Positions 29,518 to 39,728 of a stretch of DNA of 64,000 nt are shown here, one piece after another. Under the pieces are notes generated by a model that worked only from the letters and a program-made list of their open reading frames with translations, ran no database searches and was not told the DNA's origin. Both the position numbers and the translations under genes were made by a program. How positions within the stretch are numbered: the first letter of the stretch is position 1; every line of letters begins with the position of its first letter. Origin of the DNA: an uncultured Planctomycetaceae bacterium (lineage in GTDB: Bacteria; Planctomycetota; Planctomycetia; Pirellulales; PALSA-1355); the NCBI GenBank assembly GCA_937952415.1, contig CALFYT010000003.1:39322-103321 (forward strand), read 5' to 3'.

Positions 29518-31110
29518 ATGAGCGTGCTCCTTGGGCGATTTCGGCCGTATGCGTCGATCCTGGTATTGCTCGTCGTGGTGGTCACTGTGCCGTTGTTGGC
29601 GTCCGACACGCGCACGCGCCGTCTCGCTAGCAATACCGCATTGCTGGCCGGCGCGGTTGCCACGGTGAGCGTCTTATGCGGCGCACCGCTAGCGTTTCTG
29701 CTGTCGCGAACCGACATCGCCGGACGCCGCTTTGCCGCGATCGTGCTCCTGGCTCTGCTTTTCCTGCCGATCTACCTGCAAGCCGCGGCGTGGCAGGCTG
29801 GCTTCGGCGTGCAGGGTTGGTTCACTTTGGCAACCGGCGCGCCTCCGATGGTCCGTGGATGGCAAGGAGCCATCGCCATCCACACGCTCGCCGCGATCCC
29901 CTGGGTCGTGCTGATCGTCGCAGTGGGTTTGCGGCTGACCGAAGGAGAGCTGGAGGAAGAGGCCCTACTGGACGGCACGCCGGGCCAGGTCTTTCGCCGC
30001 GTGACGCTGCGACGCGCTGCGGAAACGATCGCCGTGGCGTTTTTTTGGGTCGCCATTGCCACCGCCGGCGAGATGGCCGTAACCGACTTGTTCCAGATCC
30101 GGACCTATGCCGAGGAAATCTACACACAGTTCGCCTTGGGCGACGTTCAGGGTCCAACCACCTGGCGATTCGTTCCGACCGTAATTGCGGCGGCTTGGAC
30201 CGTCGGGCTTACGCTGCTGGTCGTCGGCCGCATTCTGCAACCAGCGCGCCACCCTACACAAAGCGGCGCGACGACGTTTCGCCTGCGGCGCTGGCGCTGG
30301 GCCACAAGCGCCCTGGCGGTGGGCACGGTCGCGTTGCTGGTCGCGGTGCCGGCGACCAATCTGGCGGTCCAAGCCGGCCGTGTCGTCACGCGCGCCGGAG
30401 ACGGCTTCGTCCGGAGCTGGTCGGCCGAACGGTGTCTGGCCATGGTTGCCGGAAGCCCGATTCGCTTCGCCGCCGAGTTTGGCTGGACCGTGCTGACCGG
30501 CACGCTGGCCGCGACCGCGGCTGTCGCCGTTGGGCTGCCGCTGGCATGGAGCGCGCGACGGGGCGGATGGCACGCCGCACCGGCCTGGTCGATCGTGGCG
30601 GTGGTGCTGGCCATGCCCGGTCCGCTCGTCGGCTTGGGGTTGATCGCTGTGTTCAACACACCCGAGCTGCCATGGCTCGTTTGGCTCTATGACCACTCCA
30701 TCGCTCCGATCTGGGCGGCACAGACCATCCGTGCGTTGCCGCTGGCGACGCTTGTGCTCTGGTTCGCGTTGCGCACGGTGCCAAACGAAGTGTTGGCAAG
30801 CGCCACGCTCGACGGCGCCACGCCGCTGGTTCGCTTTTTCCGCATCGTCGTACCACAGCGTCGGGCCGCCATCGCCGCAGCCTGGATCGCTGCTTTTGCC
30901 GTTGCGGCCAGCGAACTGGACGCCAGCATTCTGGTCGTACCGCCAGGAGTCAACACGTTACCGATCCAGATTTTTGGGCTGATTCACTATGGCGTCGACG
31001 ACCAGGTGGCCGGTGTGTCGCTACTGGTGATGAGCCTGTTTTTGGTGATTGGCGCGGTCCTCGCGCTACTGGCCCGACGTGCGGCACGAGCAACCCAGCC
31101 GTCCGAATAG
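29518..31110 (+). CDS. ABC transporter permease with two fused permease domains (iron(III)/thiamine-type)
   Basis: 530 aa with about 12 TM segments in two homologous halves. No ATPase or binding-protein gene is adjacent. Confidence 0.65.
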   Translation: MSVLLGRFRPYASILVLLVVVVTVPLLASDTRTRRLASNTALLAGAVATVSVLCGAPLAFLLSRTDIAGRRFAAIVLLALLFLPIYLQAAAWQAGFGVQGWFTLATGAPPMVRGWQGAIAIHTLAAIPWVVLIVAVGLRLTEGELEEEALLDGTPGQVFRRVTLRRAAETIAVAFFWVAIATAGEMAVTDLFQIRTYAEEIYTQFALGDVQGPTTWRFVPTVIAAAWTVGLTLLVVGRILQPARHPTQSGATTFRLRRWRWATSALAVGTVALLVAVPATNLAVQAGRVVTRAGDGFVRSWSAERCLAMVAGSPIRFAAEFGWTVLTGTLAATAAVAVGLPLAWSARRGGWHAAPAWSIVAVVLAMPGPLVGLGLIAVFNTPELPWLVWLYDHSIAPIWAAQTIRALPLATLVLWFALRTVPNEVLASATLDGATPLVRFFRIVVPQRRAAIAAAWIAAFAVAASELDASILVVPPGVNTLPIQIFGLIHYGVDDQVAGVSLLVMSLFLVIGAVLALLARRAARATQPSE

Positions 31111-31143
31111 CCCGGCGGCAAGCGGCCATGCTATGATTGAAAC

Positions 31144-32334
31144 ATGTTCGCGTTGCGCGTCCCCGTCGACTGGCGCTGGCTGTCTGCCGGCGTTTTGCAA
31201 CTTTTCGTGGTGAGCCTGGTGGCTGCGCCGCTCTTGTGTGGCGTTGCGCGCGGCATGGACCACGTCACGTTTCGCCACGACGACGAACAAACGACCGTTA
31301 CCGGCAAAATCCTGATCGAAGCACAAGACGGCGGGCTGTTGCTCCTGGCGCGCGACGGCACACAATGGGTCGTCGAGCCGGACAAGTTTATTTCCAAGCG
31401 GTCCGATGCGGAGCCGTTGGCGCCGTTTTCGGCAGATGAGCTGGCCGAGCACCTGCTCGAAGAACTTCCCGAAGGATTCCAGACCCACTCGACGCGCCAC
31501 TATTTGATTTGCTTCAACACGTCGCGTGCCTATGCCGCATGGTGCGGGGCGCTGTTCGAGCGACTGTACATGGCGTTTACGAACTTTTGGCAGCGCAAGG
31601 GGATCGAGCTCGAGGACCCCGAGTTTCCGCTGGTCGCCGTCGTATTTCATTCAAAGCCGTCGTACTTGGCTGCCGTGCGCGACGAACTGGGAGATGGCGC
31701 CGAGTCGATCGTTGGCTACTACAGCCTGCAATCCAATCGCGTCATGATGTACGACCTGACCGGCATTGAATCGCTGCGGGCGGCCGGCGCGCGGCGCGCG
31801 ACCGCGGCGCAAATCAACCGCGTACTGGCACGGCCCGAAGCCGAACAAATCGTGGCCACGATCGTCCACGAGGCAACACACCAGATCGCGTTCAACAGCG
31901 GCATGCAGACCCGATTCGCTGATATTCCGTTATGGGTCAGCGAAGGCTTGGCCGTCTATTTCGAAACGCCCGACCTAAAAAGTGCGAAAGGCTGGCGCAG
32001 CATCGGCGCGGTCAATCGAACCCGGCTGAACCGGTTTCGCCGATACGCGCAAGAGCGACCGTCCAACTCGCTCAAATCGCTGATCGTCGACGACGCCCGT
32101 TTTCGCGATCCGCGTCAGGCGCTGGCCGCTTACGCCGAAGCGTGGGCCTTGAACTACTACCTGATCAAGAAACATCCGCGGCAGTACGTCGCATATCTGA
32201 AAATGCTCTCAGAAAAAGGGCCGATGGTCTGGGACGAACCGGAGGAACGGTTGCGCGCATTTCAGGCGGCTTTTGGCGACGACTTGGGCCGACTCGACGC
32301 CGATTTCCTGCGCAACACGCTCAGTCTGCGCTAA
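31144..32334 (+). CDS. DUF1570-like putative zinc metallopeptidase
   Basis: N-terminal signal/anchor, HEATHQ (HExxH) motif and a downstream SEGLAVYFE. The family name is from memory. Confidence 0.6.
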   Translation: MFALRVPVDWRWLSAGVLQLFVVSLVAAPLLCGVARGMDHVTFRHDDEQTTVTGKILIEAQDGGLLLLARDGTQWVVEPDKFISKRSDAEPLAPFSADELAEHLLEELPEGFQTHSTRHYLICFNTSRAYAAWCGALFERLYMAFTNFWQRKGIELEDPEFPLVAVVFHSKPSYLAAVRDELGDGAESIVGYYSLQSNRVMMYDLTGIESLRAAGARRATAAQINRVLARPEAEQIVATIVHEATHQIAFNSGMQTRFADIPLWVSEGLAVYFETPDLKSAKGWRSIGAVNRTRLNRFRRYAQERPSNSLKSLIVDDARFRDPRQALAAYAEAWALNYYLIKKHPRQYVAYLKMLSEKGPMVWDEPEERLRAFQAAFGDDLGRLDADFLRNTLSLR

Positions 32335-32484
32335 CACGGCACGCTGCATCTGGCACTCTCCGGGCCTCTTTCGATCGTGTGTTGCGCGTGGTTATAATCG
32401 GATCACGACGTGCACGGCACGCGTGCCTGCCCACCGCGCGACAGATCGCGCCGCTTTCCCACCCGAACTCCGAGGAATTCGCCC

Positions 32485-33777
32485 ATGGCTCATGGTCACG
32501 GCAAAGCCGCCCAATCATCGTCTCGCCGCAGTTTCCTGAAGCAGTCGTCCGCGTTGTTGGCAGCCGGCACGGCGAGCAACCTGCTGGTCAGCCGCGCGGC
32601 GCATGCCACCGGCAGCGACACTTTGAAGATCGGACTAGTCGGATGCGGCGGCCGCGGCACCGGCGCGGTGGGCAACGCGTTTGCCGCCGACTCGAATTGC
32701 AAGGTCACGGCTATGGCGGACGCCTTTCCCGATCGGGCGGAACAGAGTCTAAAACAATTGCGCGGCGTGGCATCGGATCGGGTCGCGGTGGATGGCGATC
32801 ATACGTTCGCCGGCTTTGACGCCTACGAGAAACTGTTGGCCACGGACGTCGACGTAGTGATTCTGGCCACTCCGCCACATTTTCGGCCCGCACACCTCAA
32901 GGCCGCGATCGCTTCGGGAAAGCACGTGTTCTGCGAAAAACCGGTGGCGGTTGACGCGCCCGGCATCCGTAGCGTGCTGGAAACCACCGAGGAAGCACGG
33001 CGCAAGAACCTGACGATCGTCTCCGGGCTGTGCTACCGGTACGACCGGCCCAAGATGGAGCTGATCCAGCGCGTCCGCGACGGCGCGATCGGCGACATCC
33101 GCGCGATGCAAGTCCAGTACAACACGGGAACGCTTTGGTATCGCGGTAACGATCCGTCGTGGAGCCCGATGGAGTACCAAATGCGCAACTGGTACTACTA
33201 CACCTGGCTGTCGGGCGACTTTAACGTCGAACAACACGTTCACAGCCTGGACAAAGCCGCTTGGGCGATGGGCGACGAGCCGCCCGTGTCGGTCTCGGGC
33301 ATCGGGGGCCGCCAGGTACGGACCGGTGAGAAATGGGGCAACATCTACGACCACTTCGCCGTGGTGTACGAGTACGCCAACGGCGTCAAGCTATTCTCCC
33401 GCTGCCGACAAATGGCCGGCTGTGCCAACGATGTTTCCGATCACTTGATCGGCACCAAGGGGTCGGCCGAGATGATGCGGGCCGTAATCAACGGCGAGCA
33501 AGAATGGCGCTACCGTGGTGCGAAGCCCAACATGTACGAGCAGGAACACCGGGCTCTGTTCGACGCGATCCGCAATGGCCCGGCCATCAACAACGGCGTC
33601 TACATGGCCCGCAGCAGCATGATGGCGATCATGGGCCGGATGTCGGCCTACACCGGACAAACGCTCTCCTGGGACCAGTGTATGGCGTCGCAGGAGGATC
33701 TGACGCCGCCGTCCTACGCTTGGGGCGACGCGCCGGTCCGTCCGGTGGCCATGCCCGGTTTGACGAAGTTCGTCTAG
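32485..33777 (+). CDS. Gfo/Idh/MocA-family oxidoreductase with a twin-arginine signal
   Basis: ATG 32485. SRRSFLKQSSALLAAG TAT motif. Rossmann IGLVGCGGRGTG. Confidence 0.85.
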   Translation: MAHGHGKAAQSSSRRSFLKQSSALLAAGTASNLLVSRAAHATGSDTLKIGLVGCGGRGTGAVGNAFAADSNCKVTAMADAFPDRAEQSLKQLRGVASDRVAVDGDHTFAGFDAYEKLLATDVDVVILATPPHFRPAHLKAAIASGKHVFCEKPVAVDAPGIRSVLETTEEARRKNLTIVSGLCYRYDRPKMELIQRVRDGAIGDIRAMQVQYNTGTLWYRGNDPSWSPMEYQMRNWYYYTWLSGDFNVEQHVHSLDKAAWAMGDEPPVSVSGIGGRQVRTGEKWGNIYDHFAVVYEYANGVKLFSRCRQMAGCANDVSDHLIGTKGSAEMMRAVINGEQEWRYRGAKPNMYEQEHRALFDAIRNGPAINNGVYMARSSMMAIMGRMSAYTGQTLSWDQCMASQEDLTPPSYAWGDAPVRPVAMPGLTKFV

Positions 33778-33840
33778 CGGCTCAGCGGCCGGCTCGAGCA
33801 TGCGTCGCGATGTTGCGCCGCGAGAAAGAATTATCGCCGC

Positions 33841-35298
33841 TTAGCCCGCGCGCAAACGCTCCTCGACGCGGCGAATCGTTTCCTCGGTGCGCGCGGATCG
33901 CTGATCCGCCGAGTCACTGCCGGCCATCCACCCGGCCACCTTCTTCTGTGCCGAGATCACCGTGCTGTGACTGCGGCGTCCGAAGTATGCGCCGATCTCG
34001 GCCAGCGGGGCCCGGGTGTGCTTGCGCGCCAGGAACATGGCCAGCATCCGCGGATGGGTCATCGACTTGCTCTTGCACGCCGATTGCAGGCTGGCCGGGC
34101 TCAGCCCAAACTCCTCGCACACGGCCTGCTCAATGTCGGGCAAGCGGACCGCACGTCCCTGGTGGTCGATCAACTCCGAAAGGGCTTCTTCGGCCAGTGC
34201 CAGCGACGGCGGACGGTCCAGCGCCAAGCTCGTGGCCTGCACGCGCTTGAGCGCGCCGGCCAGTTCGCGTGACTGCGTGGTGAAGTGCGACGCAATGTAC
34301 GCCTCGACGTCCGCAGGCACGGTCACCGCGAGCCGCACGGCGAACTGTCGCACGATGCCCAACCGTGTGGCGTATTCAGCCGGATCCATGCGGCAGCACA
34401 TGCCCCCGGAAATCCGAGCCAACAACTCCGGTCCCAGCATCTTGAGCTGCGCCGGCGGGCGGTCGGCGGCAAACACAAGCTGCCGCCCGGCACGCAGCAG
34501 CGAATCGACCGTGTGCAGCAGTTCGCCCAGAGTCGCCTTTTTGTTGGCGAAGAACTGCACGTCGTCGATCGCCAACAGATCCAGCCCCCGATACTTGCGG
34601 CGAAAACTCGGCAAGCCAGTGCCGCGCAGCGCTTCCAGGAAGCTACTAGTAAACTGCTCGGCCGAGAGATACACGGTGCGAGCGCGAGGGCGATGATTTC
34701 TAAACGCCCCGCAAATGCCCTCCAGCAAGTGCGACTTGCCTGTGCCAGTAGGACCGTAAACAAACAACGGCGAATAGGTTCCGGGTTGCTCGGCCGTGAT
34801 CTGGGCCGACTTGAAAGCCAGGCAATTCGAATTGCCCACGACGAACGATTCGAGCGCTGCCAGCGGGCGGCGAGGTGAGGCCTCAGCGTTGCCCGCGCCA
34901 CCGGGCGACGAACCGTTTCGTCGTGCCGGCGGTGCTGACGTCGAAAGTTTGGTTGGCGACGCTGACGATTGGTCCCGATCTGCGGCCTGCGCGGGCGCGC
35001 CGACCGGCACCTCCGGCGCGGGTTGAGCAATGCGAAACTCCAGCGAGAGCGGCGTTCCGCAAACCTGCTCCGAGATCGTCTCCAGATCCTTGCGAAAGTG
35101 CAGGCGCAGCCAGTCCTGAAAAAACTGATCGCGCACCTGAACGAGCAGCGTATCGCCGCGGCGTGTCAACTGCGTCCCGTGGCCGAACCAGACCTCGTAT
35201 CGGTCCTTGCCGACACGGTCAGCGAGCTGGGCCCGAATGGCCGCCACGATCTCCCGATCGTCCATGATCACTTCTTGCTCACCCCTGGTGCGCATCAT
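33841..35298 (-). CDS. dnaA: chromosomal replication initiator protein DnaA
   Basis: Walker A GPTGTGKSHL, Walker B LLAIDDVQF, and a C-terminal DNA-binding domain (RMLAMFLARKHTRAPLAEIGAYFGRRSHSTVISA). The start is ambiguous: GTG 35316, ATG 35298/35295 or ATG 35265 (MDDREIVAAIRAQL). Confidence 0.9.
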   Translation of the reverse strand: MMRTRGEQEVIMDDREIVAAIRAQLADRVGKDRYEVWFGHGTQLTRRGDTLLVQVRDQFFQDWLRLHFRKDLETISEQVCGTPLSLEFRIAQPAPEVPVGAPAQAADRDQSSASPTKLSTSAPPARRNGSSPGGAGNAEASPRRPLAALESFVVGNSNCLAFKSAQITAEQPGTYSPLFVYGPTGTGKSHLLEGICGAFRNHRPRARTVYLSAEQFTSSFLEALRGTGLPSFRRKYRGLDLLAIDDVQFFANKKATLGELLHTVDSLLRAGRQLVFAADRPPAQLKMLGPELLARISGGMCCRMDPAEYATRLGIVRQFAVRLAVTVPADVEAYIASHFTTQSRELAGALKRVQATSLALDRPPSLALAEEALSELIDHQGRAVRLPDIEQAVCEEFGLSPASLQSACKSKSMTHPRMLAMFLARKHTRAPLAEIGAYFGRRSHSTVISAQKKVAGWMAGSDSADQRSARTEETIRRVEERLRAG

Positions 35299-35773
35299 CG
35301 TCGCCGAGAATGCCACCTTCGTTGACGTTTAACGGGAGCCGTCAGCCCGTGCCCCGCGAGCGGTGAAATGGGCGCGCTTTCCTGCGACAGCCGTCCGGTC
35401 TGGGATCAATCGTTGTCACCCGAGACGCCGATTGTACGATCGCTAGCGTTGCTGTCAAACAACGCACCAAAAGCGCGTGCCCTCAATTCTAACTTACGTC
35501 AACGGCCGCGCGCAAATCGTCGAGGAATCCGCATCGGATTGCGTCTGGGTTCGCCGCAAAATTTTTTTCGCGCGCGCGCCCTTCGTGGAAAATCTGTTCG
35601 CCATGATTGCGCACGTCTTTGCGCGATTCTCTCGTCGCGGCTGCAACCTTTTTCCAAATCGTGATTTGCGCCCAGACACCACTGTTGCCGCGCGCCGCAC
35701 GCGCCACAATCGACACGACCGCGCGCAACGTGCCTTCGTGCGTGCGACTACCGGCAGCATACCGCTGACAACG

Positions 35774-36691
35774 TTACGGGACTTTTAACCAAACTTCTCG
35801 CCGGTCGTATTCAATAAACTGCGTCGCACGATAGATCGCAATGGCCGGCGCGTTGGCTTCGTCGACCGCCGTTGTTAGCCGCGATCGGCCGGCCCGCGCC
35901 GTCAGCCATTGGGCGTGTCGAACTAGCGCCAGGCCGAATTGCCTGCCCCGTGCCGCCGGTTTGAGTCCCATGTAGATCAGTTCACAGCCGTTTTCCCCGG
36001 GATGGTCGCCCAGCAACAAACAACCAACGTCCCGCTGCTCGTGCCGCGCCACGAGCCAATGCGATGCATCAAACTGTCCGATGGCCCGATATCCTGCCAA
36101 AACGTCGTCGATTGCGCGGTGCCCGTCCACCGGTGGGCAATCCAACGAGCCCTGATAGGATTGCTCTACCATCCGCGCCAACCGCTTCATGCCGGTCGCC
36201 GAACACGGGACGAATTCGAGCGCCGATTGCGGCACCACAGACGGGAAACACCCATTGAGGCTAACCAGGTAAGACAGATCGGATACGTGGTGATACCCGG
36301 CTGCGGCAAACCGGCATGCGTCGTCTCGTTCGTCGGGTCGCAGCGCGGCTTGCAGCAGTTTGACGCCCTCCGAGCGAGCCATCTCGGCCACGTGGGTAAG
36401 CAGCGCATCAGACGTCTCGGTTGGCTCGTCCGCGATCTGGCGCGGCGGCAGCACAACCGCTGTTCGCCCTGGCTGCACTTGCGCGAGGATCGTGCCAGCA
36501 AGCTTGCCAAGTCGTTGCGCGATCCACAGGTGGGCCTGGCCAGTCGCCAGCACAGCGGCCCAGGCGTCGACGTGGCGGGGTCGATCTCCGTCCGGAATGC
36601 GGCTCAGCAGCAGGCCCAGCGCGGCCGCCTGGCCATGCTGTGACGCTTGCTCGATTCGTAGCGACTTGGCTCCGGATGTGTGCATTTGCAC
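35774..36691 (-). CDS. GNAT-family N-acetyltransferase (two GNAT-like halves)
   Basis: The C-terminal half carries the acetyl-CoA motif ARGRQFGLALVRHAQ...AIAIYRATQF. GTG 36691 has a GGGGGA SD 9 nt upstream. Confidence 0.7.
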   Translation of the reverse strand: MQMHTSGAKSLRIEQASQHGQAAALGLLLSRIPDGDRPRHVDAWAAVLATGQAHLWIAQRLGKLAGTILAQVQPGRTAVVLPPRQIADEPTETSDALLTHVAEMARSEGVKLLQAALRPDERDDACRFAAAGYHHVSDLSYLVSLNGCFPSVVPQSALEFVPCSATGMKRLARMVEQSYQGSLDCPPVDGHRAIDDVLAGYRAIGQFDASHWLVARHEQRDVGCLLLGDHPGENGCELIYMGLKPAARGRQFGLALVRHAQWLTARAGRSRLTTAVDEANAPAIAIYRATQFIEYDRREVWLKVP

Positions 36692-36797
36692 GCAGTATAA
36701 TCCCCCGACCGGCGGCCTGTCCTGCTGGCCGGTTGCCCGGCGCTCCTATAATGAACCAGGCACCCCCGCGTCACCAAATTCTGCACGAGGATTCATC

Positions 36798-37808
36798 ATG
36801 CGAGCCGTTGCAACGATCGTGGCCTGCGTCGTCTGGGCAATGCCGCTGGCCGAGTATGTTTCGGCACAACCCGTCCTGAACCGCGTCGAGCGGTTTCTGC
36901 GCGATCAGGTCAACGCCTTGCAGGGCACGACGAACGGGTCGCCGGCGGCCGAACCAGGCTATCTGGGCATCACGGCCGACGATCGGAGCGACCTGGGCCG
37001 CGGTGTGCGGATCGTGAGCGTTCGGCCCGCCAGCCCCGCGGAGCAGGCCGGATTGGCGAGCGGCGACTTGATCACTGCGATCGACGACCGGCCGGTAAGG
37101 TTGATGAGCGACGTGGCCGCGGCTCTTTCGGGAAAACCGGCCGGTACGAAGGTCGCCGTCATGATCGATCGCGCCGGCACACAGCAGCAGCACGAGGTGA
37201 CGCTGGGGCAGCGGCCCGGATTGCCGGTCGCAAGTTCGGCCCCTATCACACTTCCGCCGCCTCCTGCAACCGACACGGTGGAAACGCTGCCAGCGCCGCG
37301 TCCACGGCTTGGCGTACGCACGATCCCGGTGGATGCCGCGGTGCGGCAGCAAAACAATCTGCCAACAGACCAAGGAGCCACAGTGGTCTCAGTAACGGTG
37401 GGTTCGCCGGCCGAACAGGCCGGAATTCCGTTAGGGGCCGTGATCACCGCGGTGGATCAGCAGCCGATCGAATCGCCTGGAGCACTGGCCAAGGCGATCA
37501 ACGCGGCGGGCGACGTCGTGGCGTTGACCTACTATGAGCAGGGCCGTCCGATTCAGCGGCAGGTGCCCTTGCACGAATCAGTGGTCGACACTGACGATCC
37601 GTCCGTCCAGTTGCGTGCTCGCCCGGTCAATCCGCCGACCGAGCTCCCCGGGCCGGCCGGCACGCCGACACCTGCAATTGTGCCGCCGGAAAACGAGTCG
37701 CAAGACAATGCATCGCGCGTGGCGGAATTGGAAGGGCGCATCGCCGAGTTGGAAGCGCGGATCAAGAATCTCGAGCAAGCCCAAACGCCGTCGCCGGACG
37801 AAGAATAA
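36798..37808 (+). CDS. secreted protein with two PDZ domains and a C-terminal coiled coil
   Basis: ATG 36798. Signal peptide. PDZ motifs GLASGDLITAIDDRPV and GIPLGAVITAVDQQPI. Heptad segment RVAELEGRIAELEARIKNLEQ. Confidence 0.75.
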   Translation: MRAVATIVACVVWAMPLAEYVSAQPVLNRVERFLRDQVNALQGTTNGSPAAEPGYLGITADDRSDLGRGVRIVSVRPASPAEQAGLASGDLITAIDDRPVRLMSDVAAALSGKPAGTKVAVMIDRAGTQQQHEVTLGQRPGLPVASSAPITLPPPPATDTVETLPAPRPRLGVRTIPVDAAVRQQNNLPTDQGATVVSVTVGSPAEQAGIPLGAVITAVDQQPIESPGALAKAINAAGDVVALTYYEQGRPIQRQVPLHESVVDTDDPSVQLRARPVNPPTELPGPAGTPTPAIVPPENESQDNASRVAELEGRIAELEARIKNLEQAQTPSPDEE

Positions 37809-37914
37809 CAGCGGGACGCCTTTTTGCGAGGCGCTCTGGATAAGACCCGTAATAGCGGATGGCCCGAACCGGCGCTCTGCCCATCGGGTTAGTGCAACGT
37901 GCCGCGGCACACCG

Positions 37915-38595
37915 TCACGTCGGCCGCTTCAGTGCCAGATCGACCCGGTAGCGAAGGTTGGGCTGATCGGCGCGTAACACCCGAGCCGTTTCGATCCGCA
38001 GCTCGCTGACCGGCTTGCCGTTCCACTTGACCATGTAGAGCGTTAGTCTGGGGTCGTCGGTCCTTTCGGGCTGGAAGCCGTAGTTGCGCATCACCAGCGC
38101 GATAATCTTGCGCGGATCGCCGGTCACTCCGTGGAACGTGATGTACTCGACTCTGCTATTGCCGTCGAAGTAGTAGGTCAACGATCCAGCCAGATCGTCT
38201 TCGGCCGTTCCGGTCACCAACGGAACCCGATAACCCTGCAGTTCCGGATGGGCCAATCCCGTGGTGACGCGCGGCCAGCGTTGGACGACCCAATCGGGTG
38301 TGCCGTTGAAGTGCAGAATCTCGGCCAGATTCTGGGCCGGCGCCCCTTCGATATCCTTCGGCTTAGCCGGGCGCTGCAAGAATTGTGCCTGAGGCGTTCC
38401 GGCCAGTCCGGCCGGCTGCTGCGCTTCGGTCGCAGCTAACGCGGCGTCGGTATCCGGTGTGTTCGCACCTCCGCCGTCGTCACTGCTACTAAATTTTGAT
38501 TTGACGCTAGTCCAGATATTGGACGACGAGCTGAGCAAGTACGGCACGCCGATGGCGCCCGACATGAACGAAAGGAATAGCAGTCGCCTGAACAT
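37915..38595 (-). CDS. hypothetical protein with an N-terminal TM/signal segment
   Basis: ATG 38595 has a GAGGGAGGA SD. N-terminus MFRRLLFLSFMSGAIGVPYLL. No recognised domain. Confidence 0.6.
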   Translation of the reverse strand: MFRRLLFLSFMSGAIGVPYLLSSSSNIWTSVKSKFSSSDDGGGANTPDTDAALAATEAQQPAGLAGTPQAQFLQRPAKPKDIEGAPAQNLAEILHFNGTPDWVVQRWPRVTTGLAHPELQGYRVPLVTGTAEDDLAGSLTYYFDGNSRVEYITFHGVTGDPRKIIALVMRNYGFQPERTDDPRLTLYMVKWNGKPVSELRIETARVLRADQPNLRYRVDLALKRPT

Positions 38596-38870
38596 GGGTT
38601 CCTCCCTCTCGCCTGGCAAGTCTCCAGGACAGGTGGTCGGTGGCTCGGATCGCGCTCCAGCCAACGCGCCGTTTGACCGAAGCGGCGCCGCTGACATGGC
38701 TGCGTCTTCATAGATCGGCAAAGCGCAACGGCTGCTTGCCAGGTGACGCGCCGCGCCGCGTCAAATTGCCCTGTACGACCAATCGCTGCCGCAAAGCAAA
38801 CCGGCACAACCCGCACCGGTGTTCCGGCGCCCGTATAAACCAACTTGGAAAAGGAACGACCGCCTGCGCG

Positions 38871-38914
38871 CAAAAAACGTACACGGAGTCAACCGGCAGC
38901 CGGAAAACTCCGTG
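38871..38914 (-). terminator. rho-independent terminator downstream of the 38990-39589 gene
   Basis: 8-bp stem CACGGAGT / ACTCCGTG (38882-38889 / 38907-38914) with an inner CCGG/CCGG helix. On the minus strand it is followed by TACGTTTTTTGCG. Confidence 0.65.
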
Positions 38915-38989
38915 CCGGTGGAAGATTCTGGACCGCCGTGCCGCGTCGGGCGCGGCTGGCGAATCCTCGACGGACGAACCGAATGCACG

Positions 38990-39589
38990 CTAAAGTCCCA
39001 ACGTGCGGCTCAGGGCGGCCGCCAGGGCCAAAATCGACAGTCCGACCACGAACGGCCCCCATACGATCACCGTTTGGCGCATGCGCGATGCACGCGGTAA
39101 CTCTTTGCCGCCCGCGCTTCCCGACGCGCCACCGCGCATTCGTCGCCAGCGCAATTGATCCTCGCGAACGTGCGTGGGGTCTTGCAGAAGGATATCGTCG
39201 ATCGACTCGGGTTCCGTATCCATCAACGCGGCCGCGTATTCCAAGTCGCTGGCATAGAGTTCTCGCTCGCGTCCCAGCTCGATGCCCAGCGAGTTGAGCA
39301 TGTGTTCCGACTTTTCGTGCGAGTAGCGGCGTTCGAGCTGCTTGAGATACGTTTGGAACCGCTCGTCGGCGAGCGCCGCTTCGAGTGTTGGCCAGTCGCG
39401 GATCATGTGCTGGCGGTTGTGCGCCAAGACCTTGAAACGACACAGCGCGGAGATGGGCGCCAGCCCCATCGTTTCTGCCTGCACCCCGGCCAGTACGAGC
39501 AGCTTATCGCGGACCATGGGCTGCATGCGCATCTGGCTCGCCCGCGCCAGATGCAAATAGATCCCCAATCGTCGGTGTGCTTCGACCAT
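38990..39589 (-). CDS. hypothetical protein with a C-terminal TM helix
   Basis: 199 aa. C-terminal VIVWGPFVVGLSILALAAAL. No recognised domain. Confidence 0.55.
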   Translation of the reverse strand: MVEAHRRLGIYLHLARASQMRMQPMVRDKLLVLAGVQAETMGLAPISALCRFKVLAHNRQHMIRDWPTLEAALADERFQTYLKQLERRYSHEKSEHMLNSLGIELGRERELYASDLEYAAALMDTEPESIDDILLQDPTHVREDQLRWRRMRGGASGSAGGKELPRASRMRQTVIVWGPFVVGLSILALAAALSRTLGL

Positions 39590-39728
39590 GGTGCCGTGGG
39601 TTGAGGCAGCGCGGAACGCGCCACGTGCGGGTTTGCCCTGTGCTGGCTATAGTAATAATCGCACGCGCCGCGGCAAGGGCTGACGTGGCCGCAGTGCGCC
39701 ACTTGCTGTCTCCGGCAACGAAAAGGCC

